From NCBI GenBank assembly GCA_963796215.1, contig CAWCKU010000001.1, positions 127,032 to 191,031 of the forward strand: 64,000 nucleotides of DNA, given 5' to 3'. The position numbers were made by a program, and so were the translations under genes. Source of the DNA: an uncultured delta proteobacterium. Its GTDB lineage: Bacteria; Desulfobacterota; Desulfobaccia; Desulfobaccales; 0-14-0-80-60-11. Below the pieces are notes generated by a model. That model was given only the letters and a program-made list of their open reading frames with translations. It did not search any database and was not told the DNA's origin. Below, in pieces: positions 30,565 to 40,144 of this stretch; the stretch's first letter is position 1, and the number at the start of each line of letters is the position of its first letter.

Positions 30565-32810
30565 TGCAAGCAAACCGCCCTGAGACGCAGGAACAACTCA
30601 AGGAGCAGCGGAAGCGCCGCCGGGAACGCGCCCTCATCGCCATCACCCTGGTGCTGGTGGTGGCTATCACCTCCCTGGAAGTACGCCTGGTGCACCAGGG
30701 CGGCCAGCCGTTGACCGGCAGCCTCCTGGCCTTCGGGCTCTTGAATATCAACACCTTCCTGCTACTGCTCTTCACCTTCCTCATCTTCCGTCATCTGTCC
30801 AAACTCTTCCTGGAGCGGCGCCGCAAGGTCTTCGGTTCCCGGCTGCGCACCCGTCTGGTCCTCACCTTCATTAGCCTGACCCTGCTGCCCACCCTGTTCC
30901 TCTTTTTCATGGCCTGGCAGTTGATCGGCAGCAGAGTAGACCATTCCTGGGACCGGCAGGTGGAGGAATCCCTGGACAAGGCCATTGACCTGACCCGCAC
31001 CTTCTCCCTGGACCTGGAGGATAACCTCAGGGCCTATGGCCGCATGTTCGGCCAGGAGTTGCAGGAACAGGACAACTGGACCACGGGCGACCGGGATTTT
31101 TTCCAGTCCTTTGCCGACCGCAATCGCTCGGCTTATCACCTCAGCGGCCTGGAGGTCTTCGATGTCCACCAGACGCCCCTGGCCGCCAGCTACGATCCCC
31201 GCTTGGGGCAGCTGCCGGGACTGCCGGCACCGGAGCCCGGGGCGGCTGTGCCACCGGATACGGTGATCCGGCAGAAGGTCGGCGCCGATGAGGTTTTGAG
31301 CCTCCAGGTGCCGGTGACCGACGCCGCCGGCGACCTCAAGGGTTACCTGCTGGTGCGCAAGAGCCTCCCCAAGACCCACCTGCTGCGCATCGCCGAGGCC
31401 ACCCGTAACCTCCAGGAGTTGCGCCAGCGCCAGCTCCAGCTTAGCCCCGTCAAGGTGAGCCATTACCTGGCCCTGATCATCGTCACCCTCATTGCCATGA
31501 TGGCCGCCATCTGGCTGGGGTTTTACATGGCCCGGGAGATCACCACCCCGATCCGGCAGTTGGCCGAGGGCACGGTTAAGGTGGCGGGGGGCAACTACGA
31601 TATCCACATCGACCAGGAAGGGCGGGACGAAATCGGTTTCCTGGTACAGTCCTTCAACAAAATGACCCAGGACCTGCAGCAAAGCCAGGCCCAGCTGGCC
31701 GCAGCCTACCGGCAGTTGAGCCAGTCCCACGAACTCATTTCCACCCAGAAGCGGGACATGGAGATCCTGTTGAAGAACGTGGCCGCCGGGGTCATCGGCC
31801 TGGACGCCGCCGGCCGGGTCACCCTCATCAACGACTCCGCCGCCCAGATGCTGCACCTCAACCGGGAGGAAGTGTTGGGCCGGGAGGCTAAGGTTTTGCT
31901 GCCCCCGGCGGAATATAGCCGCATGGCCGAAGTGGTGGCCGCGGCCCGCCGTGCGTCCAGGGGTACGGTGGAGAGGCCCCTGCACCTGGTCCTGCCCAAT
32001 CAGACCCTCTATCTGTTGCTCAAAACCACGGTGCTCAAGGATGAAGCCGGAGGCGACCTGGGCGTGGTCATCGTCTTTGAAGACCTGACCGAGCTGGAGC
32101 GAGCCCAGCGCCTGGCGGCCTGGCGGGAGGTGGCCCGGCGGATCGCCCATGAAGTGAAAAATCCCCTGACGCCCATCAAGTTGGCGGCCCAGCGGCTGCA
32201 GCGGCGTTACGCCGAACGCCTGGGCGAGGACGATCAGGTTTTCCAGGAATGCACCCAGATCATCGTCAATCAGGTGGATGAACTCAAAAACCTGGTGAAT
32301 GCCTTCTCCCGATTCGCCAAGCTGCCCCAGCTCACGCTGATGCCCCAGGACCTCAACGCCCTGGTCCAGGAGACGGTGCTCCTGTACCAGGAACTCCAAC
32401 CCCGGGTGGCGCTGGAGTTTCACCCCGATCCCCAGTTGCCGCTCCTGCTTCTGGACCGGGAGCAGGTGAAGCGGCTGCTCCTCAATTTGCTGGACAACGC
32501 CCTGGCCTCCATTGACGGGGCCGGCAAGGTTACGGTTTCTCTGCGGCGACATCCGGCCGACGGCAGAGTGGAACTCACCGTGGCCGACACCGGCCGCGGC
32601 GTCCCGGACCGGGACAAGGTGCGGATCTTTGAGCCCTATTTCTCCACCAAGCGGGGCGGCACCGGCCTGGGCCTGGCCATCGTCAATTCCATTGTGGCGG
32701 AGCATCAGGGCCATATCCGGGTGGAAAACAACCTTCCCCGGGGGGCCAAATTTATTATCGACCTTCCCATGCACAGGGCTGAATATGCCGGGAACATTGC
32801 TGGTAGTTGA
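30564..32810 (+). CDS. ntrY: NtrY-like sensor histidine kinase (TM-HAMP-PAS-HisKA-HATPase)
   Basis: ATG 30564 overlaps the upstream TGA (cTGATG). AWREVARRIAHEVKNPLTPIKLAAQRLQRRY is the NtrY-type H-box. HAMP and PAS segments lie upstream. The track ORF start at 30354 lies inside the previous gene. Confidence 0.8.
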   Translation: MQANRPETQEQLKEQRKRRRERALIAITLVLVVAITSLEVRLVHQGGQPLTGSLLAFGLLNINTFLLLLFTFLIFRHLSKLFLERRRKVFGSRLRTRLVLTFISLTLLPTLFLFFMAWQLIGSRVDHSWDRQVEESLDKAIDLTRTFSLDLEDNLRAYGRMFGQELQEQDNWTTGDRDFFQSFADRNRSAYHLSGLEVFDVHQTPLAASYDPRLGQLPGLPAPEPGAAVPPDTVIRQKVGADEVLSLQVPVTDAAGDLKGYLLVRKSLPKTHLLRIAEATRNLQELRQRQLQLSPVKVSHYLALIIVTLIAMMAAIWLGFYMAREITTPIRQLAEGTVKVAGGNYDIHIDQEGRDEIGFLVQSFNKMTQDLQQSQAQLAAAYRQLSQSHELISTQKRDMEILLKNVAAGVIGLDAAGRVTLINDSAAQMLHLNREEVLGREAKVLLPPAEYSRMAEVVAAARRASRGTVERPLHLVLPNQTLYLLLKTTVLKDEAGGDLGVVIVFEDLTELERAQRLAAWREVARRIAHEVKNPLTPIKLAAQRLQRRYAERLGEDDQVFQECTQIIVNQVDELKNLVNAFSRFAKLPQLTLMPQDLNALVQETVLLYQELQPRVALEFHPDPQLPLLLLDREQVKRLLLNLLDNALASIDGAGKVTVSLRRHPADGRVELTVADTGRGVPDRDKVRIFEPYFSTKRGGTGLGLAIVNSIVAEHQGHIRVENNLPRGAKFIIDLPMHRAEYAGNIAGS

Positions 32811-34217
32811 CGACGAGCCCCAGATTCTCCAGGTGGTGGCGGGCATCCTCCAGGACGAGGGCTTTGAGGTGCTCACCGCCCCGGATGGCGAGACCGCCCT
32901 TAAAATGGTGGCGGGAGCGGCCCCGGAACTGGTGCTCCTGGACATTTCCCTGCCGGGTCTGGACGGCCTGGAGGTGCTCACCGAACTGAAGCGCCAGTAC
33001 CCCTTCCTGCCGGTGATTATCATCTCCGCCTACGGCTCGGTGGAGAACGCCATCAAGGCCACCCGCCTGGGGGCCTACGATTTCATCGAAAAGCCCCCCA
33101 ACGCCGACAAGATCCTGCTGTCGGTGCGCAATGCCCTGGAACTGGCCCGGCTCTCCGAAGAGAACCGGCGCCTCCGGCAGCAGACCGCCCCGGTCAAGGA
33201 GATCATCGGCGTAAGCTCCGCCATCCAGCCGTCTGCGAGAGAAATTGGACCTGGTCGCCCCCACCAACGCCTCGGTGCTCATCACCGGGGAGAACGGCAC
33301 CGGCAAGGAATTGGTGGCCCGGGCCCTGCACGCCCAGAGCCGCCGGGCGAACTACCCCTTCGTGGAGGTGAATTGCGCCGCCATCCCGGAAGACCTCATC
33401 GAAAGCGAGCTCTTCGGCCATGAAAAGGGCGCCTTCACCGGGGCCTCCGCCCGGCACCGGGGCAAATTCGACCTGGCCCACGAAGGCACCCTGTTCCTGG
33501 ATGAGATCGGCGACATGAGCCTCAAGACCCAGGCCAAGATCCTGCGCATCCTGGAGGAACAGCGCTTCGAGCGGGTGGGGGGCAGCCGCCCCATCCAGGT
33601 GGACGTGCGGGTGGTGGCCGCCACCAATAAGAACCTGGAGGAGGAGATCATTCGGGGGACCTTCCGGGAAGATCTCTATCACCGCATCAACGTCATCCCC
33701 CTTACCGTCCCGCCCCTCCGGGAGCGCCGGGAGGACATCCCCCTGCTGGCGGCCTATTTCCTCCGGGAGCTCTCCCAGGCGGGCGACGCCCCGGTCAAGA
33801 CCTTCTCGGCCGCGGCCCTCAAGGCCCTGGCCACGATGCCCTGGCCGGGGAACGTCCGGGAACTGAAAAATTTCGTCTTCCGCCTGGCCATCCTCAGCCC
33901 CGGCTCCGTCATTGACGTGGCCGAGCTGCCCCTGGCCGCCTCGGCCCAGGAACGCGGCTGCGGCCCTGGCCGAGGCCGCCGCCGGCGCGGAGGGCGCGCC
34001 CGACTTGGACATCGACCCCTTCCTGCAGGTGCCGTCCTTCCGTGAGGCCCGGGCCCTGTTTGAAAAACAATTCCTGCGGCGCAAACTGACGGAATGCCGG
34101 GGCAACGTCAGCCTCCTGGCCGAGCAGGTCGGCCTGGACCGCTCTAACCTTTACAAGAAGCTAAGGCCTATGGCTTGGAGCCGGGAAAGGAAGAGGGGTA
34201 AAAGGGGAAAAGGTTAA
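32785..34217 (+). CDS. ntrX: Sigma-54-dependent response regulator NtrX-like, three frame disruptions
   Basis: [15 protein letters not shown].. REC domain, AAA+ [15 protein letters not shown] and [39 protein letters not shown]. Pieces 32512-33423, 33245-34045 and 33912-34217. A 1-nt repair near 34160 would end the protein at 34201 (..[12 protein letters not shown]). Confidence 0.85.
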
Positions 34218-34235
34218 GAGGGGAAGGGGAAAAAT
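34184..34235. repeat. Purine tract, left arm of an imperfect inverted repeat
   Basis: GGAAAGGAAGAGGGGTAAAAGGGGAAAAGGTTAAGAGGGGAAGGGGAAAAATC. It is partially complementary to the pyrimidine tract at 34818-34853. Confidence 0.6.
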
Positions 34236-34237
34236 CA

Positions 34238-34263
34238 GTAGGCGGGCGAGACGCCCGCCCTAC
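34238..34263. repeat. REP-like palindrome (family 1 variant)
   Basis: GTAGGCGGGCGAGACGCCCGCCCTAC, followed by CATACTTTTCATTC. It may also terminate ntrX. Confidence 0.8.
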
Positions 34264-34360
34264 CATACTTTTCATTCGGTCCGCGTAGGCCGGAAAGCCT
34301 GGGCCACCAATTGGCACCTTCGGAACAGAAATAACCCCAGCGTCACGATGAAATAAAGAA

Positions 34361-34418
34361 AGCCGGGGCTTCCAGCTCCTCTTCTCGGAGAGGAGGGGTT
34401 TCTGGAAGGTCCCCGGCT
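34361..34418 (-). terminator. 58-nt, roughly 22-bp composite hairpin followed on the minus strand by a U-rich tract
   Basis: Three stems pair: AGCCGGGG/CCCCGGCT, CTTCCAG/CTGGAAG and CTCCTCT/AGAGGAG. The minus-strand 3' flank is UUUCUUUAUUU. Confidence 0.5.
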
Positions 34419-34748
34419 TCCCTAAGGCCACGACGCCGCGTCCTGTGCTCCTTCGGGAGCAAACGCCTCGGAAACGTCCGAGATGGCGCGGCCTTTGATA
34501 ACTACTTGGCCGGTAGAGCGGGCCTTTGCCGCCGCGTCCGGCAGCAACGCCCAGGCGCCCGTACTGCTTGCTAATCTAAAAGGGCTGCCTTTGCCCGGCG
34601 GCCAAAGCAGTTATCCGGCAGATCCGCCTGGAGGATCATCCTCAAAACGTCCGGCACCAAGGACTTTTCTCCAGCCGGCCGCTATTCAGGCTGACCCGTC
34701 AATTATCAAATAATCACTCCCGAGGCAAAAAGCAAGGTTGCTCTAATC

Positions 34749-34804
34749 CCCAAGCAGAACTTGGGTCAAATAAAAATGCGTTCCCAAGCTGGAGCTTGGG
34801 AACG
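34749..34804. repeat. REP-like palindromes, family 2 (two copies)
   Basis: CCCAAG-cagaa-CTTGGG (34749-34765) and CGTTCCCAAGC-tgga-GCTTGGGAACG (34779-34804). Confidence 0.85.
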
Positions 34805-34817
34805 AGTAAGTGACTAG

Positions 34818-34853
34818 TTTTTTTCGCCTTTTCCCCTCTTCCCCTTTTCCCCC
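34818..34853. repeat. Pyrimidine tract, right arm of an imperfect inverted repeat
   Basis: TTTTTTTCGCCTTTTCCCCTCTTCCCCTTTTCCCCC lies directly after the radical SAM stop codon (34859-34861 on the minus strand). Confidence 0.6.
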
Positions 34854-34858
34854 TGCTC

Positions 34859-36712
34859 TTAAATCTGCCCGCCCACCTCCGCCAGGGTCTTGAAATAGAT
34901 GCGGCGGATGCGTTTCAGGCGCTTCTTGAAGCACAGCCCCAGTTCCATGCAGGCGGTGTAAAAGGAGACGGGGCTGAATTCGAGGGCCATGAGCCGGGCC
35001 ATGGTCTCCTGGGCCAACTCCTGGGGCAGGTCCTTGATCTTTTGGGCCGCGTCCCCCAATCCCTGCCACAAAGGCAGCAGCACCAGGTCGGCCTTTTCCT
35101 GGAGTTTGGCGATTTCGCCCTTCACCGCGGCCAGGGGACCGGCGTCGCACTTCACATCGCAGCCTTCCTGCACCACCTCCACCCCCAGGCGTCTCAGGAA
35201 ACGCAGCAGGAATTCCCGGGGAGCGTTTTCCCAGGGTCCCAGCTTCCAGATATCCGCCGGGATTCCCACCCGGGGCACTTCGTTGCCGCCCGGCAGATGC
35301 TGGCGCAGTCGCCGGGCCTGGACGAAGAGCCGTTCTTTGAGCTGGCGGAAGTACTGGTTTTTCCTGGAGTTGGACTTCCACAAGAGGATGCGGGCGTAGG
35401 CCTTGATATAGGCGTAAAACAGGTCCCGGGCCAGGAGACGCTTGACCACCGAGGGCCAGGAGTAAAACTTTTTCATGGCCCGGTTGGTTTCCATCTGCAG
35501 TTCAAAAGGGGTGAACTGGCGGGGCTGGAAGACCGTGTGGTGGCCGTCGTACTGGCTCCAGTCCCGGCAGATGATGCGGTTTTGGGCCTCCATTTCCTGG
35601 TAGGACGGGGTGCCCGGCAACGGCGTCAGGATCAGATATTGCAGGGAGTCCAGGTCCAACTGGCGCGAAACCTTGACGGTGTCCCGGATCACCTGGTAGT
35701 GGTCCTCTTCGGCGCCGAAGACGAACATGCCGTGGACCTTGATGCCGTGACGGTGGAAATTGACCACGCCCTCCTTGATGCCTTCCACCGTTTGGGACTT
35801 ATTGTAGGCCTTCAGAGTGGCCGGGTTGATGGATTCCAGGCCCACGAAGACCGCAAAGCAGCCGCTCTTGGCCATCAGGTCCAGGAGTTCCGGGTCCTTG
35901 GCAGCCTCCACCCGCACCTGGGCGCTCCATTCGATCTTCAAGCCTGCCCCGATGATACGTTCGCATAATTCCTTGGTACGGGCCCGGTTGGCCGTAAAGT
36001 TGTCGTCGCAGAAGAAGATGTGGTTGGCTTGGAGGCCGTTTTGGCGAATCTCCGCCATGACGCGGTCCACCGAGTTGACGCGGTGTTTGCGCCCGAACAG
36101 GATGATCACCGAACAGAAGCTGCAATTGAAGGGGCAGCCTCGGGAGGTGGCAATGGAGACGACGCCTTTGCCCCGCTTGGCCTTCCAGCCGTGGATCAGG
36201 CCATAATTGGGGATGGGCAGGACATCCAGGTCCTCCACCAAAGGGCGCCAGGGATTTTGTTGGATGGTGTCTCCCCGGCGAAAACAGAGGTTCTGGATGC
36301 CGCTGACGTCGCCGCCGCTTTCCAGGGCGCTCACCAGCTCCGGCAAGGCCCCTTCGCCTTCGCCGCAGATGACGTAGTCGGCGTGCTCCAGGCCTTCCCG
36401 GGGCAGAAAACTGGCATGGGCGCCGCCCAACACCACCGGGAGGCCCTGGTCCCGATAGAAATCCGCCAACTCATAGGCCCGGGGGGCCGTGGAAGAGATG
36501 CTGGAGATGCAGACCAGGTCCGGTTTAAAATCCAGGGAAGCATAGTCCGGGGCGAACATCTCTTCGATGATCACCTTGACCTCCAGCCCCTGGTGTTGCA
36601 GGATGGTGCCCAGCAGGAGCGACCCCAGGCGCGGAATGGCCACCCGGCTGAAAATATGCTCCTGGGGGGCCCGAGGTTCGATGAATAGAATCTTGTTCAT
36701 GGGTCGCGCCAT
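34859..36712 (-). CDS. B12-binding domain radical SAM protein with roughly 190-aa C-terminal extension
   Basis: An N-terminal cobalamin-binding-like domain (KILFIEP.., DLVCISSISS) is followed by CPFNCSFC (CxxxCxxC). The ORF is an intact 617 aa. Confidence 0.85.
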   Translation of the reverse strand: MARPMNKILFIEPRAPQEHIFSRVAIPRLGSLLLGTILQHQGLEVKVIIEEMFAPDYASLDFKPDLVCISSISSTAPRAYELADFYRDQGLPVVLGGAHASFLPREGLEHADYVICGEGEGALPELVSALESGGDVSGIQNLCFRRGDTIQQNPWRPLVEDLDVLPIPNYGLIHGWKAKRGKGVVSIATSRGCPFNCSFCSVIILFGRKHRVNSVDRVMAEIRQNGLQANHIFFCDDNFTANRARTKELCERIIGAGLKIEWSAQVRVEAAKDPELLDLMAKSGCFAVFVGLESINPATLKAYNKSQTVEGIKEGVVNFHRHGIKVHGMFVFGAEEDHYQVIRDTVKVSRQLDLDSLQYLILTPLPGTPSYQEMEAQNRIICRDWSQYDGHHTVFQPRQFTPFELQMETNRAMKKFYSWPSVVKRLLARDLFYAYIKAYARILLWKSNSRKNQYFRQLKERLFVQARRLRQHLPGGNEVPRVGIPADIWKLGPWENAPREFLLRFLRRLGVEVVQEGCDVKCDAGPLAAVKGEIAKLQEKADLVLLPLWQGLGDAAQKIKDLPQELAQETMARLMALEFSPVSFYTACMELGLCFKKRLKRIRRIYFKTLAEVGGQI

Positions 36713-36903
36713 GGGTCTAACTCCTTAGGTTGAATCATTCTGAGGCCGGCCGGAAGATCAAGGGCTCAAGCCACTCCGGCAGTCTTCTCCGGACCGCTGG
36801 CGTGACCATCTGGTGCGCTAGAAAGGGGTGATCCTATTGTGGCAATGTAACGGCAAGAAGGGAAAAAGTCAAATGAATCTTTTGGTCTAACAATACCTTA
36901 ACA

Positions 36904-36943
36904 CATAGAGCAGATTCCCCTGGCACAGGGAATCTGCTCTATG
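36904..36943 (-). terminator. 16-bp perfect hairpin downstream of dsrC
   Basis: CATAGAGCAGATTCCC-ctggcaca-GGGAATCTGCTCTATG lies 35 nt after the dsrC stop. Confidence 0.6.
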
Positions 36944-36977
36944 GTCATTGCCTCTTATGTAAAAAGGAGGAACGGGT

Positions 36978-37295
36978 TTAGACGCAACCGGTGGGTTTGG
37001 CCAATCCTGCCATTTTGCAGGCGCCTTTCCCCGGTCCGGAGGGAAATAGCTCGTAAATGTGTTTCAGCTTGAAGCCCGTCACCTTGGAGAGGATTCGCAC
37101 CATGGGGGCGATGCCGTTCTTCTTGTAGTAATCCTGGAGCATGTGGATGACTTTCCAATGCTCTTCAGAAAGCTCCGTGATGCCTTCGGACTCCTTTACA
37201 TAATCCACCCATTCGTTGTTCCACTGGTCCAGATTCTCCAGGAAGCCGTCTTCGTCTACCGTGAAAGTTTTGCCTTTGAATTCTACAGTGGCCAT
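36978..37295 (-). CDS. dsrC: DsrC (TusE/DsrC/DsvC family sulfur-relay protein)
   Basis: 105 aa. The C-terminal arm CKMAGLAKPTGCV carries both conserved cysteines. A GAAGGAGG SD is present. Confidence 0.95.
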   Translation of the reverse strand: MATVEFKGKTFTVDEDGFLENLDQWNNEWVDYVKESEGITELSEEHWKVIHMLQDYYKKNGIAPMVRILSKVTGFKLKHIYELFPSGPGKGACKMAGLAKPTGCV

Positions 37296-37461
37296 GCCGC
37301 AATATCCTCCTTCAATATTTGGTCCACGGGGTTTTTGATTTCAACGTATTAAAACGTAAGCGATTGTGAAAATTTTGTCAAGCATTAAAAATTTCTAAAC
37401 CTGCCCGTTTTGTTTCATTATACCCCAAAATAAACCGAGATGCCAGGAAATCCGGCCTCCT

Positions 37462-38853
37462 TCATCTGGCCCGGAGACCGGGGAAGATCTTCCCGGGATT
37501 CATGATCCGGTTGGGGTCGAAGGCCCGCTTCAGGCGCTGCTGCAAGGCCATGGCCGCCTCGGAGAGCTCCATCTTCAGGTACGGGGCCTTGGTGAGGCCG
37601 ATGCCGTGCTCCCCCGACAGGGTGCCGCGCAGCTCCCGGGTCAAGGCAAAGATATCCACCACGGTGGGGTTCACCGCCTCCCGTTCGGCGTCGACCTTGC
37701 GGTCATATAAAACATTGACGTGGATGTTGCCGTCCCCGGCGTGGCCGTAACAGGGGATGATCAGGCCCCGGCGGCGGGAGATTGCTTGCAGGCCGTCAAT
37801 CAAGGCAGGAATTTCCCCCAGCGGCACCACCACGTCTTCGCTCACTTTGTTGGGCTTCACCTTGAGCAGGGCCGGCGAAATGACCTTGCGGGCCTTCCAG
37901 AGGTTGTCCGTCTCACCCGCGGTCCGGGCCCGGAGAACGGGTTTAGCCCCCTGCTCCCGGCAGAAGCGGGCGATACCCGCGGCCCTTTCCTCCACATCCC
38001 GGGGATGGCCGTCCACCGCCACCAGCAGCAGGGCCGCGGCCGCTTCGGGCACCTTAAAGGGCAGCAGCTCCCGGACGCAGCCCAAGGTGACCCGGTCCAT
38101 GAATTCCAGGGCAGTGGGGGCGAGGCCCGCGGTGAGGATTTGGCCCACCGCCTGCGCCGCGGCCGCGAGCGTCCCGAAGCCTGCCGCCAGGGTCTGCCGG
38201 GCCGCGGGCTTGGGCGCCAGCTTCAGGATAATGCGGGTGATCACCCCCAGGGTGCCCTCCGACCCCAGAAACAGCCGGGTGAGGTCGTAGCCCACCACCC
38301 CCTTCATGGTGCGGCTGCCGGCGTCGATGATTTCGCCGGTGGGCAAGACCACGGTGAGCCCCAGGACGTAGTCCCGGGTGACGCCGTATTGCACCGCCAC
38401 CGCGCCGCCGGCGCACTCGGCCACGTTGCCGCCGATGGTGCAGAACTCGGCGCTGGCCGGGTCCGGCGGATAGTACAGGCCCTGGTCTTCCACCGCTCTT
38501 TTCAACCGGCCCAGGATGACTCCCGGCTCCACCACCGCCACCAGGTCGGCGGGGTTGATTTCCAGGATGCGGTTCATCCTGGTCAACACCAGGACCACCC
38601 CACCCTCAATGGGCACGGCGCCGCCGCTGCGGCCGGTGCCCGCCCCCCGCGGGGTGACGGGGAAGCGGTGCTCATTGGCCAGCCGCACAATCCGGGCAAT
38701 TTCCTCCGCCGAACCCGGAAAAACCACCGCCTCCGGCGCGTGCGCCTGGTCGGTGGCATCATAGGCATAGGTCCAGCATTCCTCCGGCGAGGTAAGGACC
38801 TGCTCCGGGCCGACAATAGCCTCAATTTGACGAATGACGTTTTCGGGAATCAT
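37462..38853 (-). CDS. FAD-linked oxidase (GlcD / D-lactate dehydrogenase family)
   Basis: MIPENVIRQIEAIVG.. and FAD_binding_4 signature VTPRGAGTGRSGGAVP. The C-terminal oxidase domain ends ..RAFDPNRIMNPGKIF. ATG at 38853 is preferred, because the track's upstream extension runs through REP palindromes. Confidence 0.85.
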   Translation of the reverse strand: MIPENVIRQIEAIVGPEQVLTSPEECWTYAYDATDQAHAPEAVVFPGSAEEIARIVRLANEHRFPVTPRGAGTGRSGGAVPIEGGVVLVLTRMNRILEINPADLVAVVEPGVILGRLKRAVEDQGLYYPPDPASAEFCTIGGNVAECAGGAVAVQYGVTRDYVLGLTVVLPTGEIIDAGSRTMKGVVGYDLTRLFLGSEGTLGVITRIILKLAPKPAARQTLAAGFGTLAAAAQAVGQILTAGLAPTALEFMDRVTLGCVRELLPFKVPEAAAALLLVAVDGHPRDVEERAAGIARFCREQGAKPVLRARTAGETDNLWKARKVISPALLKVKPNKVSEDVVVPLGEIPALIDGLQAISRRRGLIIPCYGHAGDGNIHVNVLYDRKVDAEREAVNPTVVDIFALTRELRGTLSGEHGIGLTKAPYLKMELSEAAMALQQRLKRAFDPNRIMNPGKIFPGLRAR

Positions 38854-38883
38854 GAAGACAAATTGACTGATGCTTCTTCTTCT

Positions 38884-39026
38884 GGTTCCCAAGCTGTGCT
38901 TGGGAACCCCCAATTGATTGCAAAGCTTTGCTTTGCCAAGCATATCTATATATTAGCGGGTAAGCTCCAGGAAAGCCCAAGCGCAGCTTGGGCAATAATG
39001 GCGTTCCCAAGTGCAACTTGGGAACG
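38884..39026. repeat. REP-like palindromes, family 2 (three copies)
   Basis: GGTTCCCAAGC-tgt-GCTTGGGAACC (38884-38908), GCCCAAGC-gca-GCTTGGGC (38975-38993) and CGTTCCCAAGT-gca-ACTTGGGAACG (39002-39026). Confidence 0.85.
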
Positions 39027-39051
39027 AGATAAGGAACTCTGACCTCTCAGG

Positions 39052-39944
39052 TCATCTTTTGATTACTTCCGCGCCACTCGACGCGCCGCCCGGCGAGCCG
39101 CCCATCTTGCCCAATTCGATGAAGGGGATGGCTCCTCCAGAGACTTGCGGTACAATCCCGTTCCATTTCTCAATACCCTTGTACTGCACCAGGATCGGGG
39201 TGATCGACTTTGACAGGGCATCATTGGCTTGGGCCTGTCCCTGAGCCACCACCAGAATGGATTGAGCCTCGCCTTTGGCCGTGGCCACCTTTTGCTGAGC
39301 TTCAATCTCGCGTTGGGCCAAAACCTGTTTCTGGGTTTCGACCTGCTGCTGGGCCACCTGCTTGGCCTCGATGGCCCCTTCATATTCGGGAGAGAAGCGG
39401 ATATTGGCAAAGTAGATGTCATCGACGATGATGTGATACCTCTCCAGATTATCTCCCAGTTTCTTCATCGCCCGCTGCCGGATCTCCTCCCGTTTGGGAA
39501 GAATCTCCCCGATCGGGTAGGTCGGCACCACTTCCTTGACGAAGTCGTTGAAAGCCGGGTCGATCACCTTGTCGGCAAAATCGAGCCCCACTTTCTGGTA
39601 AAGGTCATTGACATAAGCGGATCGATGTGGAAGTTCATCATGCCCGTCATCTTCACATTCTGGTATTCCTTGGAAGAGGCATCGATCTCCCGGAACGGAT
39701 GGGGTTGCACCTTGACATCCACCTTGATGACTCTTTCGGCAATGGGCACCATGAAGTTGAGCCCCTCCCCCAGGATTCTCTTCTCTACACTCCCCCACCA
39801 GAGGGCGACCCCCCGGTGGCCGGCCGGGACGATGACAAAGGTGCTCCAGGCAATGATCAGGACGACGATGAGCCCAACGATAATTACCACATTGCGTGGA
39901 TTCGGCTTTTTGAAATCAGCTAGGTTTATTACTCTTTCCGGCAT
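39052..39944 (-). CDS. SPFH/band 7 (prohibitin-like) membrane protein, one frame disruption
   Basis: A GGGAGGGG SD precedes ATG at 39944. An N-terminal TM is followed by VIVPAGHRGVALWWGSV.., then a coiled AEAKQVAQQQVE.. region. Pieces 39564-39974 and 39052-39798 change frame near 39600-39640. Confidence 0.85.
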
Positions 39945-40144
39945 TGTTTCACCCCTCCCGGGTGTCTTAACCAAGATTATTTGCTACCTATCTGCGTCTG
40001 TCCCCCAGCGGGGCCCCGAAGCTGTTTACCCGAACCTAAACCCGCCAACGACCCGCTGCTCGGGGCAACCCTGCTCCTGGAAAGTATAATAGCATAAGTC
40101 TCTGAAAAAAAATCAATTTTCACGCTCGAGATTCGGCAGACCCG

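Noticed and set aside
34262-34740. RNase P RNA, tmRNA, SRP RNA or 6S RNA as an explanation for the hairpin-rich gap.
   Set aside because: Partial resemblances exist (GGCCGGAAAGCCUGGGCC versus GAGGAAAGUCCGGGC; ACAGAAAUAACC). However, the order and spacing are wrong, and I found no GGUAAGGGUGAAA or ACAGAAnCCGGCUUA. I also found no tRNA-like 3' end or tag ORF, and no GGUCCGGAAGGAAGCAGC motif. A covariance-model scan is still needed.
36917-36935. A TGGCAC motif that could be a sigma-54 -24 element.
   Set aside because: It lies in the loop of the dsrC terminator hairpin. The GG-to-GC spacing is 14 rather than 12, it is on the plus strand, and there is no downstream plus-strand gene.
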